UHGV virus genome: UHGV-0246730
Length of the DNA stretch: 38,412 nucleotides
Strand: one strand, 5' to 3'
Source of the DNA: a virus
In this document: positions 19,003-26,919 of the stretch, piece after piece
Layout of the letters: each line of letters starts with the position of its first letter
Numbering within the stretch: the stretch's first letter is position 1
Notes under the pieces: model-generated
Database searches by the model: none
What the model was told of the DNA's origin: nothing
What the model saw: the letters and a program-made list of their open reading frames with translations, nothing else
Program-made: the position numbers and the translations under genes

Positions 19003-19355
19003 TTTCCAATCACTTCCGCACCTTCAAGGATAATTTCGTCTTCATCGGCTCCATACTCAAAGTCTGTGCCCTTGATGATAATCGGGGTGCCCCAATAGTG
19101 ATACTTAGACAATACACGCTCAATTTCTGCGTCAATGTCCTCGTTGCTGTCATCGTCTTCAATGTTCAGCCGGATGCAACATGTTCCGTCAAGTTCGATT
19201 GGATTCTCAGTGTCAAAGGATGAGCAATCATTTTCATAGTCCCAGTCAAAAGAGGGGCGGCACGCGTCTCCGATCTCATACTGTTCGTCTTCTGTCATCC
19301 AGCGGATACCGATGTATTCTACGTTAGCTCTTAGTTCATCATGATTGTATGTCAT
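18999..19355 (-). CDS. Small, very acidic protein, candidate anti-defence factor
   Basis: 118 aa from ATG 19355 (RBS AAGGGAGG), ~33 D/E vs 8 K/R. Confidence 0.75.
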   Translation of the reverse strand: MTYNHDELRANVEYIGIRWMTEDEQYEIGDACRPSFDWDYENDCSSFDTENPIELDGTCCIRLNIEDDDSNEDIDAEIERVLSKYHYWGTPIIIKGTDFEYGADEDEIILEGAEVIGK

Positions 19356-19387
19356 TTTATTTCCTCCCTTGATCAACTTTGTAATTA

Positions 19388-19419
19388 ATATTATACACCA
19401 ATCGGTCCGATTAGTCAAG
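19388..19419 (-). promoter_or_regulatory. Sigma70/A promoter with palindromic operator in the spacer (copy 1)
   Basis: TTGACT-17 bp-TATAAT; AATCGG-T-CCGATT at 19400-19412. Confidence 0.85.
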
Positions 19420-19444
19420 GGGGAAATAAAATTTTTTATTTTTT

Positions 19445-20506
19445 TTAGGATGCATCTCCAAACGTGCCAGATATGCATTGATCCAGATACTCGCTGATCA
19501 ACGTTTTTGCGTGTTGTATATAAATTCGATTCAGGCGGTAACTTATCTCATTTTTGTTCTTTTTTGACCTCATCCTAATGATGACCAGTTCATTGCATAG
19601 ATCGTCAATACGCCTCAGCACTGACGATCTGGACGTATGTACAATATCGCACAGCTGTGATGCCGTCATATCCTTTTTGCATAGTTGAGTGATGATATCA
19701 GTGCTCAATCCATCTCCTATGACATCCAACGCGCTTCTTGCAGTCATATAACTATAGTCAATTGATTCGCTCAGCGCCGCAATGCAATCATACCCTAATA
19801 TATAGGCATAAATATTTTGTACGGGTTCGCCCTGTCTCATGACTAGGCGCTTGTTTATCATGGCTACAGAAAATGTAAATAGCTCTGCGCGGTCTGTGCC
19901 GGAACAGATTTTTTTCAAAATGGCCTCATTTTTGATTTTGACAAAATCTTTCGCGACATCGTATCTTTCTATGTGATTATTTTGGTACGCCTCTATGTAT
20001 GGTTCCAAACGGTCAAAATACTCTATGAGACTGTCAACCATACTATCAAAATGATAAAACAGGCTTTGAAAGTCGGTAATGCGCACTCGCGGGACAAGCA
20101 GCGCCAGCGCATGACTGATGCTCTCGCTATCGCCATCGATAACGCTGTCAATAGATATTTGATCGCCAAAATCGGACAAGTAGTAAGTATATATGTATCG
20201 CCTAAACTCGACCGAGTTCTTTAGTCTCGCAAAGTATGTTTCTGGCGTGTCGCTAAAAAAATCAAATTCTGCGTCAAAATAATCCGACATTACAGACGCT
20301 CTCCCCATATACAGACAAAATAGCGGATATAGTTTAGGAGGTGGAGCAATGTGCCCGCATAACTCATAGACGGCCTCATAATCGTTAAAAAATTCGCTTG
20401 TCATTCCCACCGCCTGAAACTTTCGCAGGACTGCCTCCCTGTCAAAAAATATGATCGAGTATGTAATCATGTCGTAAAAAATACCTGGCGTTTTTCTTAT
20501 ATTCAT
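19445..20506 (-). CDS. Regulator with large N-terminal domain and C-terminal ArsR-like winged HTH
   Basis: ATG 20506 with RBS AGGAGG; C-terminal DIITQLCKKDMTASQLCDIVHTSRSSVLRRIDDL...ISYRLN; own promoter TTGATT-17-GACAAT. Confidence 0.7.
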   Translation of the reverse strand: MNIRKTPGIFYDMITYSIIFFDREAVLRKFQAVGMTSEFFNDYEAVYELCGHIAPPPKLYPLFCLYMGRASVMSDYFDAEFDFFSDTPETYFARLKNSVEFRRYIYTYYLSDFGDQISIDSVIDGDSESISHALALLVPRVRITDFQSLFYHFDSMVDSLIEYFDRLEPYIEAYQNNHIERYDVAKDFVKIKNEAILKKICSGTDRAELFTFSVAMINKRLVMRQGEPVQNIYAYILGYDCIAALSESIDYSYMTARSALDVIGDGLSTDIITQLCKKDMTASQLCDIVHTSRSSVLRRIDDLCNELVIIRMRSKKNKNEISYRLNRIYIQHAKTLISEYLDQCISGTFGDAS

Positions 20507-20568
20507 TCTTGATCCCTCCTGTTTCATTGTCATGGATGTCTCTGCGAAAATCAACCGGGAATCGATGG

Positions 20569-20591
20569 AAAAACCGTCCATGATGGACGGC
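20569..20591 (-). terminator. Probable terminator downstream of int/attP
   Basis: Minus strand CCGTCCA-TCA-TGGACGG then TTTTT. Confidence 0.55.
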
Positions 20592-20640
20592 TGCGCGCTT
20601 TAGTTTTGCATATTTGAGCCTATGTATTATACTGATTTGG

Positions 20641-20830
20641 TAGTCACACGCTAGTGACAAATTGTTCTACGTGCCGCTGTTTATGCGGGTTTTACGAAGT
20701 ATAAATTAATAAGCTGTTAATATTTATGTGAATAAAAATTACATAAATTGTTTAAATAAAGGACTTTGAGGCAAACAAATTCAATCTAAAATAATAAAAA
20801 ATAATGCCTACTAGCGACAAATTAGTAACA
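20641..20830. other. Putative attP region with arm-type integrase sites
   Basis: Two pairs of TAG(T/C)NACA direct repeats with 11-bp period (20641/20652 and 20812/20823) flanking an AT-rich core next to the int 3' end. Confidence 0.65.
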
Positions 20831-21895
20831 GAAGCCATCAATCGCGTCAAGCAAATTTTGCAAATTTTTGTGAATATACACTTGTTCATCGATATCCTTC
20901 CCAGCGTGACCTACAATCGCCTGCAAAACTGTTCGAGGCATTCCCAATTCATCCGCACGGCTGATGAATGTGTGGCGACAATCGTGGGGCAAATGCTCAA
21001 CGCCAATTACGGCCATCAGCGCATTAAATTGTTTACGAATAGTTTGTTGGGAAAAGCCGCATAAAACTGGTTCGTCCCTATCAAGGAGACGTTGTATGCA
21101 ATCTGTGATCTCGAAATGAATCGGAATGACGCGATTTTTTCCAGCGGCAGTTTTATTCCCGCCGATCATATATCGCTCGTCAAGATGGACATTCTCGCGC
21201 TTCATGGTCCGAACCTCATCGATGCGCATCCCGGTGTATAGCATGATCAAGGTATAGTCCGCAGCTAATTCCCCACGATGCGATTCAAGCAATGCAATTT
21301 CATCTGCCGTAAAATTTTTGCGCTTACTTTTCGTATCCTGTTTGGTCAGCACAATGCCTTTTGAATAGTCTTTGTCTGTGATATCATACAGGTTGGCATA
21401 TTCGTACATTTGCCCTATCAAGAGACGTATATTTTCCTGCGTTGCTCGTCCATGACTACAATTGTCAAGCACAGCCTGTAAATGCAATAGATTGATATTC
21501 ACGAATTTCAAATTGTGCAGTGCCTCGCAATGGTGATAGGCCGCTCTGTACGCGCCGACGCCACTCTTCGAAAGCTTTTTCCCATTTTTGGTCTCACTAA
21601 ATTTTTTCTTTGACCACATATCATATACATCTGCAAAGGTCAAAGACGCCTTTTCGAGATCGTATGGATTACGATTGTAGTCAACTAGTGCCTCGTATCC
21701 CTCCATCCATGTTTCAAAGTACCCTATGGTCCGATAGATAGGATAGCCTGTATTTGTGTCAAATCCTACTGTTTTCCGGGCCATAAAGGGTTTTCTGCGG
21801 TTGCCTGACAACGTGACGATGCTCCCGAACCCATTAGGAAGACGTGGTACGTTTCGTGGCCGCTTTGCTTTTTTGGTTTTTAATGCCGGTGCCAT
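20822..21895 (-). CDS. int: Tyrosine integrase
   Basis: RLPNGFGSI...RRKPF arm domain; YTGMRIDE, KTAAGKNRVIPIH, HLPHDCRHTF, IVGHA, QVYIH catalytic motifs; RBS GGAGTG before ATG 21895. Confidence 0.95.
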   Translation of the reverse strand: MAPALKTKKAKRPRNVPRLPNGFGSIVTLSGNRRKPFMARKTVGFDTNTGYPIYRTIGYFETWMEGYEALVDYNRNPYDLEKASLTFADVYDMWSKKKFSETKNGKKLSKSGVGAYRAAYHHCEALHNLKFVNINLLHLQAVLDNCSHGRATQENIRLLIGQMYEYANLYDITDKDYSKGIVLTKQDTKSKRKNFTADEIALLESHRGELAADYTLIMLYTGMRIDEVRTMKRENVHLDERYMIGGNKTAAGKNRVIPIHFEITDCIQRLLDRDEPVLCGFSQQTIRKQFNALMAVIGVEHLPHDCRHTFISRADELGMPRTVLQAIVGHAGKDIDEQVYIHKNLQNLLDAIDGFCY

Positions 21896-21926
21896 AAAAA
21901 AATCACTCCAATCTGCTAAATTTTGG

Positions 21927-22026
21927 TTGCAAACCAGAGCGCGCAATGATATAATGAAATTGTCACGATCAAAGCGGCCTTCCGGTCTGCTTGCCCGCCT
22001 TCTGTTGGTGCAGGGGCGGGTTTTTG
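21927..22026 (+). ncRNA. Candidate small RNA antisense to the int leader (promoter plus terminator)
   Basis: TTGCAA-17 bp-TATAAT with extended TG (21927-21955); hairpin CCCGCCTTCTG-TTGGTG-CAGGGGCGGG then TTTTT. Confidence 0.5.
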
Positions 22027-22039
22027 TATGTCTACGGGC

Positions 22040-22756
22040 TTACTGTAAAGGTTCAGGTACAAATAAGTTTTCAATATTGCTTTCAAGGTCTGCCAAAGTT
22101 GCCTGCGGGGTCTCTAATATATAAGAAATAGGCAACCTTCCCTTAATGGTGCATTCGATTTTGTCATCCTTGACAACGTTGCCTACAAATTCAAGGTATT
22201 CATACCCTTTTTCTAGACTTGACGCATCCATGTTTTTAATGAACTCGCTAATTCCAATATAATAATTGCTGATAATAGTTTCTTTAAAAAGCGTTCCGTC
22301 TAAACGTAAATTAACAATACCATAATCTTCACCATCTTTCCAATAGATTTTATCCCAAATATCGGGCAGAGCATCATTATGCGATTCAACGGGATAAATT
22401 TGTTCGTCAGAAGCAAATATCTTACTGACGCTGCCGTTATCATCAAGATATACATTTAATCTTATTAATCCAGCCCATACATCGTAATACCCATCCTTTT
22501 TAAAGATATAATTAACTTCATCATCAATCCCACAATCCAGTAAGATACAAAAAATCGCATTTGCTCGATTGATATCTACATCCATTTCCGACATAATAGT
22601 TTCAATCGTCTCAGAATAAAAATCATAACTGGACTCTAATTCGGCAGACAATTTTCCTTGCTCTGACGATTGCCCTGAATCAGTATCAACCAAAACTCCA
22701 TCGCATCCAGATAAGACAACAATTAAAGTACATAATACTGGTATAATCTTTTTCAT
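22040..22756 (-). CDS. Lipoprotein in lysogeny module (possible superinfection exclusion)
   Basis: MKKIIPVLCTLIVVLSG-C lipobox; RBS AAGGAGG; between repressor and integrase. Confidence 0.75.
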   Translation of the reverse strand: MKKIIPVLCTLIVVLSGCDGVLVDTDSGQSSEQGKLSAELESSYDFYSETIETIMSEMDVDINRANAIFCILLDCGIDDEVNYIFKKDGYYDVWAGLIRLNVYLDDNGSVSKIFASDEQIYPVESHNDALPDIWDKIYWKDGEDYGIVNLRLDGTLFKETIISNYYIGISEFIKNMDASSLEKGYEYLEFVGNVVKDDKIECTIKGRLPISYILETPQATLADLESNIENLFVPEPLQ

Positions 22757-23059
22757 AGTTCGTCCTCCTTTGCATTGTGGTATGTACCATAATAATCCTC
22801 TATTATCCGCGTCAATTTTTGAACTTTTGCGCGATTTTTTTGCATAGTCATTGACAACGCAAAAAAATAGACAAAATAGCATAAATACAGGGATCCCCCA
22901 TTTCTGACATTAATTGACAGTATGCATAAAATGCTAACATGTTACTCAAATTTGAAATTATTAGTCATGACTAAGGGAGTTTTTGCGCGATAAACCATTT
23001 TGTGGATTTGACCACCTCCATTATCCGTGATACCATGTTGGTAGTAAATAAATTAGGAC

Positions 23060-23110
23060 TTGCATTTTAGATGAGTATCGTGTATAATGAAGGACAAGAA
23101 CAAACGTTCT
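23060..23110 (+). promoter_or_regulatory. Promoter with Gram-positive LexA (SOS) box
   Basis: TTGCAT-17 bp-TATAAT (23060-23088); AGAAC-AAAC-GTTCT at 23097-23110 matches GAAC-N4-GTTC. Confidence 0.75.
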
Positions 23111-23143
23111 CATCCAAAAGCAAAAAAGAAGGGATGATCGTGA

Positions 23144-23269
23144 ATGGAAAAGGAGTCGTATAAAACGAAACTTTTAAAGACGCTAGAAACGTATGATGAT
23201 TATGATATAGTAATAAAGAAGCTATACATATTCTTCTTGCGCTTAACCAAGACCATCCATCGAGAGTAG
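23144..23269 (+). CDS. 41-aa protein behind a LexA box, candidate antirepressor (not in ORF track)
   Basis: RBS AAGGGATG; MEKESYKTKLLKTLETYDDYDIVIKKLYIFFLRLTKTIHRE*; convergent with the repressor. Confidence 0.65.
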   Translation: MEKESYKTKLLKTLETYDDYDIVIKKLYIFFLRLTKTIHRE

Positions 23270-23281
23270 GGAAACCTGCTC

Positions 23282-23680
23282 TTATTTTTTTTGTTGTTGC
23301 TCATAAAGAGCAATTGCAAAGTTCTTTATTATTTTTTTATCCTTTTCGTCCAGCCGCATATATGTCTTGATAAAGCTTCGTATAAATTCATCATCCCCGC
23401 CCGAGATATCCCCGAGATAACCATCGAGTTCAAGCTCTTCAACATCTTCGGGTTTTAACGCGAACATGTCCCCTTCGCCGGTTTCCATCCAGAGCGGGTT
23501 TACATCGAATATCCGACATACATCAGAAATAGTCCTTACGGATGGATTGCGTTTTTTTGTTTCTATCATGGCGATTGAGTTTCTTTTTAATTTTAATTTA
23601 TCGGCGAATTCTTGCTGACTGAGCCCTAGAGCAACTCTTACCGCGCGCATTCGTTCTCCACCCTGTTCCAAATTATCCAA
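23282..23680 (-). CDS. CI-like XRE-family repressor lacking an S24 peptidase domain
   Basis: LGLSQQEFADKLKLKRNSIAMIETKKRNPS HTH, VNPLWMETGEGDMF; TTG start behind AGGAGGTG; short helical C-terminus. Confidence 0.85.
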   Translation of the reverse strand: MDNLEQGGERMRAVRVALGLSQQEFADKLKLKRNSIAMIETKKRNPSVRTISDVCRIFDVNPLWMETGEGDMFALKPEDVEELELDGYLGDISGGDDEFIRSFIKTYMRLDEKDKKIIKNFAIALYEQQQKK

Positions 23681-23703
23681 TGTGTTCACCTCCTAATACG
23701 CTT

Positions 23704-23790
23704 ATTATAATCGCATAAGGTCCTAAAGTCAACAAATAAATTAAATATTTTAAAATATGTGTTGACTTTAGGACTTAAATCTGTTATTAT
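23704..23790. promoter_or_regulatory. Divergent lysogeny/lysis promoters with inverted operator repeats
   Basis: Leftward TTGACT-17-TATAAT, rightward TTGACT-17-TATTAT; 15-bp inverted repeat GTCCTAAAGTCAACA (23720-23734) / TGTTGACTTTAGGAC (23760-23774). Confidence 0.8.
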
Positions 23791-23821
23791 ATGTTTACAA
23801 GTTATCAAGGAGGTGATGCAC

Positions 23822-23983
23822 ATGCCAGATGACGAGAGAAAGAAAGATATCGGCGAAGTCGTATCTGTTCTACTGAATCTAAACGACTACAACCGACAAC
23901 TAATGCTGTATGGCGCACAGCTTTTGGAAAAGTCAGAACAGATGAGCAAGATTCAGGAACAAGAAGAAAACAAAAGCGCATAA
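23822..23983 (+). CDS. Small protein at the cro position (no recognisable HTH)
   Basis: RBS AAGGAGGTG; MPDDERKKDIGEVVSVLLNL... Confidence 0.65.
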   Translation: MPDDERKKDIGEVVSVLLNLNDYNRQLMLYGAQLLEKSEQMSKIQEQEENKSA

Positions 23984-23998
23984 AAGGAGGAAATCACA

Positions 23999-24157
23999 AT
24001 GAGAAACAAACGGAAACACATATGGGCCTATTTGGACGGCAAAAAGTTGGTCGAAGTAATTCAGGCGGCATTAGACAATAACATGTCAGTGGGCGACATG
24101 AAGCAACTCTTGATTGATGAGAATCCGGGCCACGAAGTAACATTTAAGGTTGCATGA
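23999..24157 (+). CDS. 52-aa hypothetical phage protein (not in ORF track)
   Basis: RBS AAGGAGG; MRNKRKHIWAYLDGKKLVEVIQAALDNNMSVGDMKQLLIDENPGHEVTFKVA*; followed by hairpin GCCCTC-CGAA-GAGGGC. Confidence 0.7.
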   Translation: MRNKRKHIWAYLDGKKLVEVIQAALDNNMSVGDMKQLLIDENPGHEVTFKVA

Positions 24158-24198
24158 AGGGCAGAGCATAGAAAAAGGCCCTCCGAAGAGGGCAGGAA

Positions 24199-24426
24199 TC
24201 AATGTCTTGCTGGATCGTCAGAACGACCAACGAGGTAATCAAGGCTGACATCAAAGTAGTCGGCTAGGGCGATGAGAATTTCAAAGCTAGGCGAGCGCTT
24301 ACCCTTTTCAAGCAAACGAATGGCCTCATCCGTAACGCCAAGCTGCATCCCTAGGGCGGCCAAGGATATACCCTTGCATTTTCTTAAAGCAGAAATACGG
24401 TCAGAAAAATTATTTCGATAATTCAT
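24199..24426 (-). CDS. XRE-family HTH regulator
   Basis: FSDRISALRKCKGISLAALG...EAIRLLEKGKRSPS...LADYFDVSLDYLVGRSD. Confidence 0.85.
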   Translation of the reverse strand: MNYRNNFSDRISALRKCKGISLAALGMQLGVTDEAIRLLEKGKRSPSFEILIALADYFDVSLDYLVGRSDDPARH

Positions 24427-24436
24427 ACTACACCTC

Positions 24437-24487
24437 TTGACAAACCAACTAAAAGTTGGTAAGATGTAGATACCAACTAAAAGTTGG
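24437..24487 (+). promoter_or_regulatory. Promoter with two identical palindromic operators
   Basis: TTGACA-17-TAAGAT; CCAACT-AAA-AGTTGG at 24445-24459 and 24473-24487. Confidence 0.8.
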
Positions 24488-24507
24488 AATCTAGGAAAGG
24501 AGAAACA

Positions 24508-24717
24508 ATGATACGTATGATTCGACAAGAGCGGATAAAAAGAGGATGGTCTTGTGAGTATGTAGCAGAGCAAACCGGATTAACAGCGGAGGCAATACGC
24601 TTAATAGAGACCGGCGAGAGAAATCCTTCATACACCGTCCTTGTCAAATTGGAAGATTTGTACCAAATGAATCACAGAGACCTATTCGGGGCGGCAACCC
24701 CGACAAAGGAAGAATAA
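24508..24717 (+). CDS. XRE-family HTH (Cro-like)
   Basis: IRQERIKRGWSCEYVAEQTGLTAEAIRLIETGERNPS. Confidence 0.85.
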   Translation: MIRMIRQERIKRGWSCEYVAEQTGLTAEAIRLIETGERNPSYTVLVKLEDLYQMNHRDLFGAATPTKEE

Positions 24718-24772
24718 CACAATGGACGGAAAACGTCAAGCCAAAACAAAATCGCATAAAGGAGGTGACACA

Positions 24773-24973
24773 ATGAAACTGATCATAGAAGGAAGCGGAA
24801 AAGAAATAGCCGACCTTGTACAGGAGACACAAAATCGGCCAAAGAGTTTCAATGCAATTATCGTTGACAATAAAATCCTCATTCGAGAACCGTATCAGCG
24901 AAACTATCGCGTTGTGGGCAAAGTTCGAGAGGATCAACGCTTGAAGCAAGATAAAAATTCAAGGAGGAAATGA
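24773..24973 (+). CDS. Hypothetical protein
   Basis: RBS AAGGAGGTG; MKLIIEGSGKEIADLV. Confidence 0.6.
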   Translation: MKLIIEGSGKEIADLVQETQNRPKSFNAIIVDNKILIREPYQRNYRVVGKVREDQRLKQDKNSRRK

Positions 24974-24980
24974 AGAACCA

Positions 24981-25916
24981 ATGAAAATCGACAAAGAATT
25001 TCAAGGGTTAATCCCGTCTCTGACGGAAGATGAATACCAGCAATTGGAAGCAAACATCATTGCCGATGGATGCCGAGACGCGCTAGTGACGTGGAATGGA
25101 ATCCTGATTGATGGCCACAACCGATATCGGATATGCCAAGAAAATGATATCCCGTTTGCAACGATATCAAAGGATTTTCCGGACCGAGAAGCTGTCATCG
25201 AATGGATTATCCGAAATCAGTTTGGACGGCGGAATCTGACACCGTTTCAACGGGCGGAGTTGGCGCTAAAGCTGAAACCGGTAGTGGAGAAGAAAGCGGA
25301 AGCGCGGAAACTATCTACATTAAAACAAAATGTGTCCGATACGCAGAAATCTGCGGAACGGATAGAAACCCGCGACGAGCTAGCCGCTATGGCCGGAATC
25401 TCCCATGATACGCTTAAACGCGCGGAGGTGATCAAAGAAAAGGGCACACCGGAACAGGTCCAGCGGGCAAGGGAAGGAGGAAAAGGAAACAGAATAGGCA
25501 CAATCTACAATGAAATTGTTACCAGGGGGATTGAGGCACAAGTCTGCTCATCATGTGGAAAAGAACTGCCGATCAAAGAGTTTTACGCCAACAAAAAGCA
25601 ATGCAAGGCATGTTGCGAGCGAGACACGAAGGCACGCCGGCAAAAGGCGAAAGAACCTCCAAAAGAGGCAATGAAAGCAATGGCGGAGCAGATTTGTGAC
25701 AAAATTCGAAACCCAACAGGTGAGGTAGTATTTACGATCGATGATCTTGTGGAAGAGCTGCGAATCAACATCGATCCATTCATTCCGAGACTGCGTTGTA
25801 TACTCAATACCCATCCACAGCTTATTACCGTTGAAAATCAAGCCAAAATAAAAGCCGTCCTGTCCGAAGCAGAAACGGCAATCCAAAAATTTGAAAGGAG
25901 TATCATATATGAGTAA
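24981..25916 (+). CDS. ParB/Srx-like N-terminal domain protein with HTH and Cys4 zinc finger
   Basis: ILIDGHNRY, NQFGRRNL, ELAAMAGISHDT, CSSC...CKAC. Confidence 0.75.
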   Translation: MKIDKEFQGLIPSLTEDEYQQLEANIIADGCRDALVTWNGILIDGHNRYRICQENDIPFATISKDFPDREAVIEWIIRNQFGRRNLTPFQRAELALKLKPVVEKKAEARKLSTLKQNVSDTQKSAERIETRDELAAMAGISHDTLKRAEVIKEKGTPEQVQRAREGGKGNRIGTIYNEIVTRGIEAQVCSSCGKELPIKEFYANKKQCKACCERDTKARRQKAKEPPKEAMKAMAEQICDKIRNPTGEVVFTIDDLVEELRINIDPFIPRLRCILNTHPQLITVENQAKIKAVLSEAETAIQKFERSIIYE

Positions 25917-26679
25917 GTATAGCACAAACTATGAAATTTTGCAAGTCAACAGTAGCCGAATTTTTTCAGACCCCACATACCAAAGAAACCTTGATGTTAA
26001 ACGGGTTAGACAGATTGTAAAGAATTTTGATCCGAATCTCGTAAATCCAATCAAGGTCTCCTACCGTAAAAACGAAGATCGATACTATGTATTTGATGGC
26101 CAACACACTTTGGCAGCGCTCAAATTGAAACATGGCGGGGACCTTGCAGTCAATTGTCATGTTTGGCATGGATTGACCCCGGAGGATGAGGCATGGCTTT
26201 TTGCGCAGCAAAACGGCATATCAAGAAACGTCAATGCTGCGGGAAAATTAAAAGCGCTGTACCGCGCCGGAGACCAAGACGTAAGAAAATTTGTAGATGT
26301 AACAAATTTAGTTGCGCATATGCGGTTAACATACGGTTCTGGACGAAACAGAATTCAGGCCTACACGAAAGCGTATAGCATGTATAAGGATGTGGGAGAA
26401 AATGATTATTACGCGATTTTAAAGAATTTAAGAGATGCATGGGATGGCGTAGAAGGCAACTTTAACACAGAATTGTTGGGTGGTATGAGGATTTTCCACA
26501 TGACATATAAGGATCAGTACAATCAAAAGATGCTAGTTCGAAAACTGAGCAAAATCAGCCCATTTGAAATTATCCGCGAGGGAAAAGTAAGTCGTGATCC
26601 CGGCGATACCAAATATGCAAGGCAAATTTTACGCGTCTACAATAAAGGTCTAAGATCACCGTTGTCTGATAGGTTGTAG
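25909..26679 (+). CDS. ParB/Srx-fold protein (DUF6551-like)
   Basis: DPTYQRNL...NPIKVSYR...YYVFDGQHTLAAL. Confidence 0.7.
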   Translation: MSKYSTNYEILQVNSSRIFSDPTYQRNLDVKRVRQIVKNFDPNLVNPIKVSYRKNEDRYYVFDGQHTLAALKLKHGGDLAVNCHVWHGLTPEDEAWLFAQQNGISRNVNAAGKLKALYRAGDQDVRKFVDVTNLVAHMRLTYGSGRNRIQAYTKAYSMYKDVGENDYYAILKNLRDAWDGVEGNFNTELLGGMRIFHMTYKDQYNQKMLVRKLSKISPFEIIREGKVSRDPGDTKYARQILRVYNKGLRSPLSDRL

Positions 26680-26691
26680 GAGGTATCCACC

Positions 26692-26919
26692 ATGGAACTA
26701 GCAACAAAATATGTGCCGCTGGCAATGCTGGCCAAACTGCGCGGCGTGTCCTATCCCTGGCTGCGTGCCAATATGGCAGCGGGAATCTATCCGGTAGGGC
26801 AAAAAGTAGGCGGACGATACCTCATCGAGGCCAGAGACGTGTACGAAAAGTTTGGGATTGTGATCACGAATGATATGATTGATGAGTACAAGGAGAGCCG
26901 AAAGGAGAAAAACAAATGA
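26692..26919 (+). CDS. Excisionase-like small DNA-binding protein
   Basis: LAKLRGVSYPWLR...GQKVGGRYLI pattern. Confidence 0.5.
   Translation: MELATKYVPLAMLAKLRGVSYPWLRANMAAGIYPVGQKVGGRYLIEARDVYEKFGIVITNDMIDEYKESRKEKNK

Noticed and set aside
22757..23059. Hidden gene or RNA in the 300-bp gap (several TTGAC hexamers, TTTTGCGCGAT twice)
   Set aside because: Only ORFs under 20 codons and no convincing structure; most simply the lipoprotein promoter region
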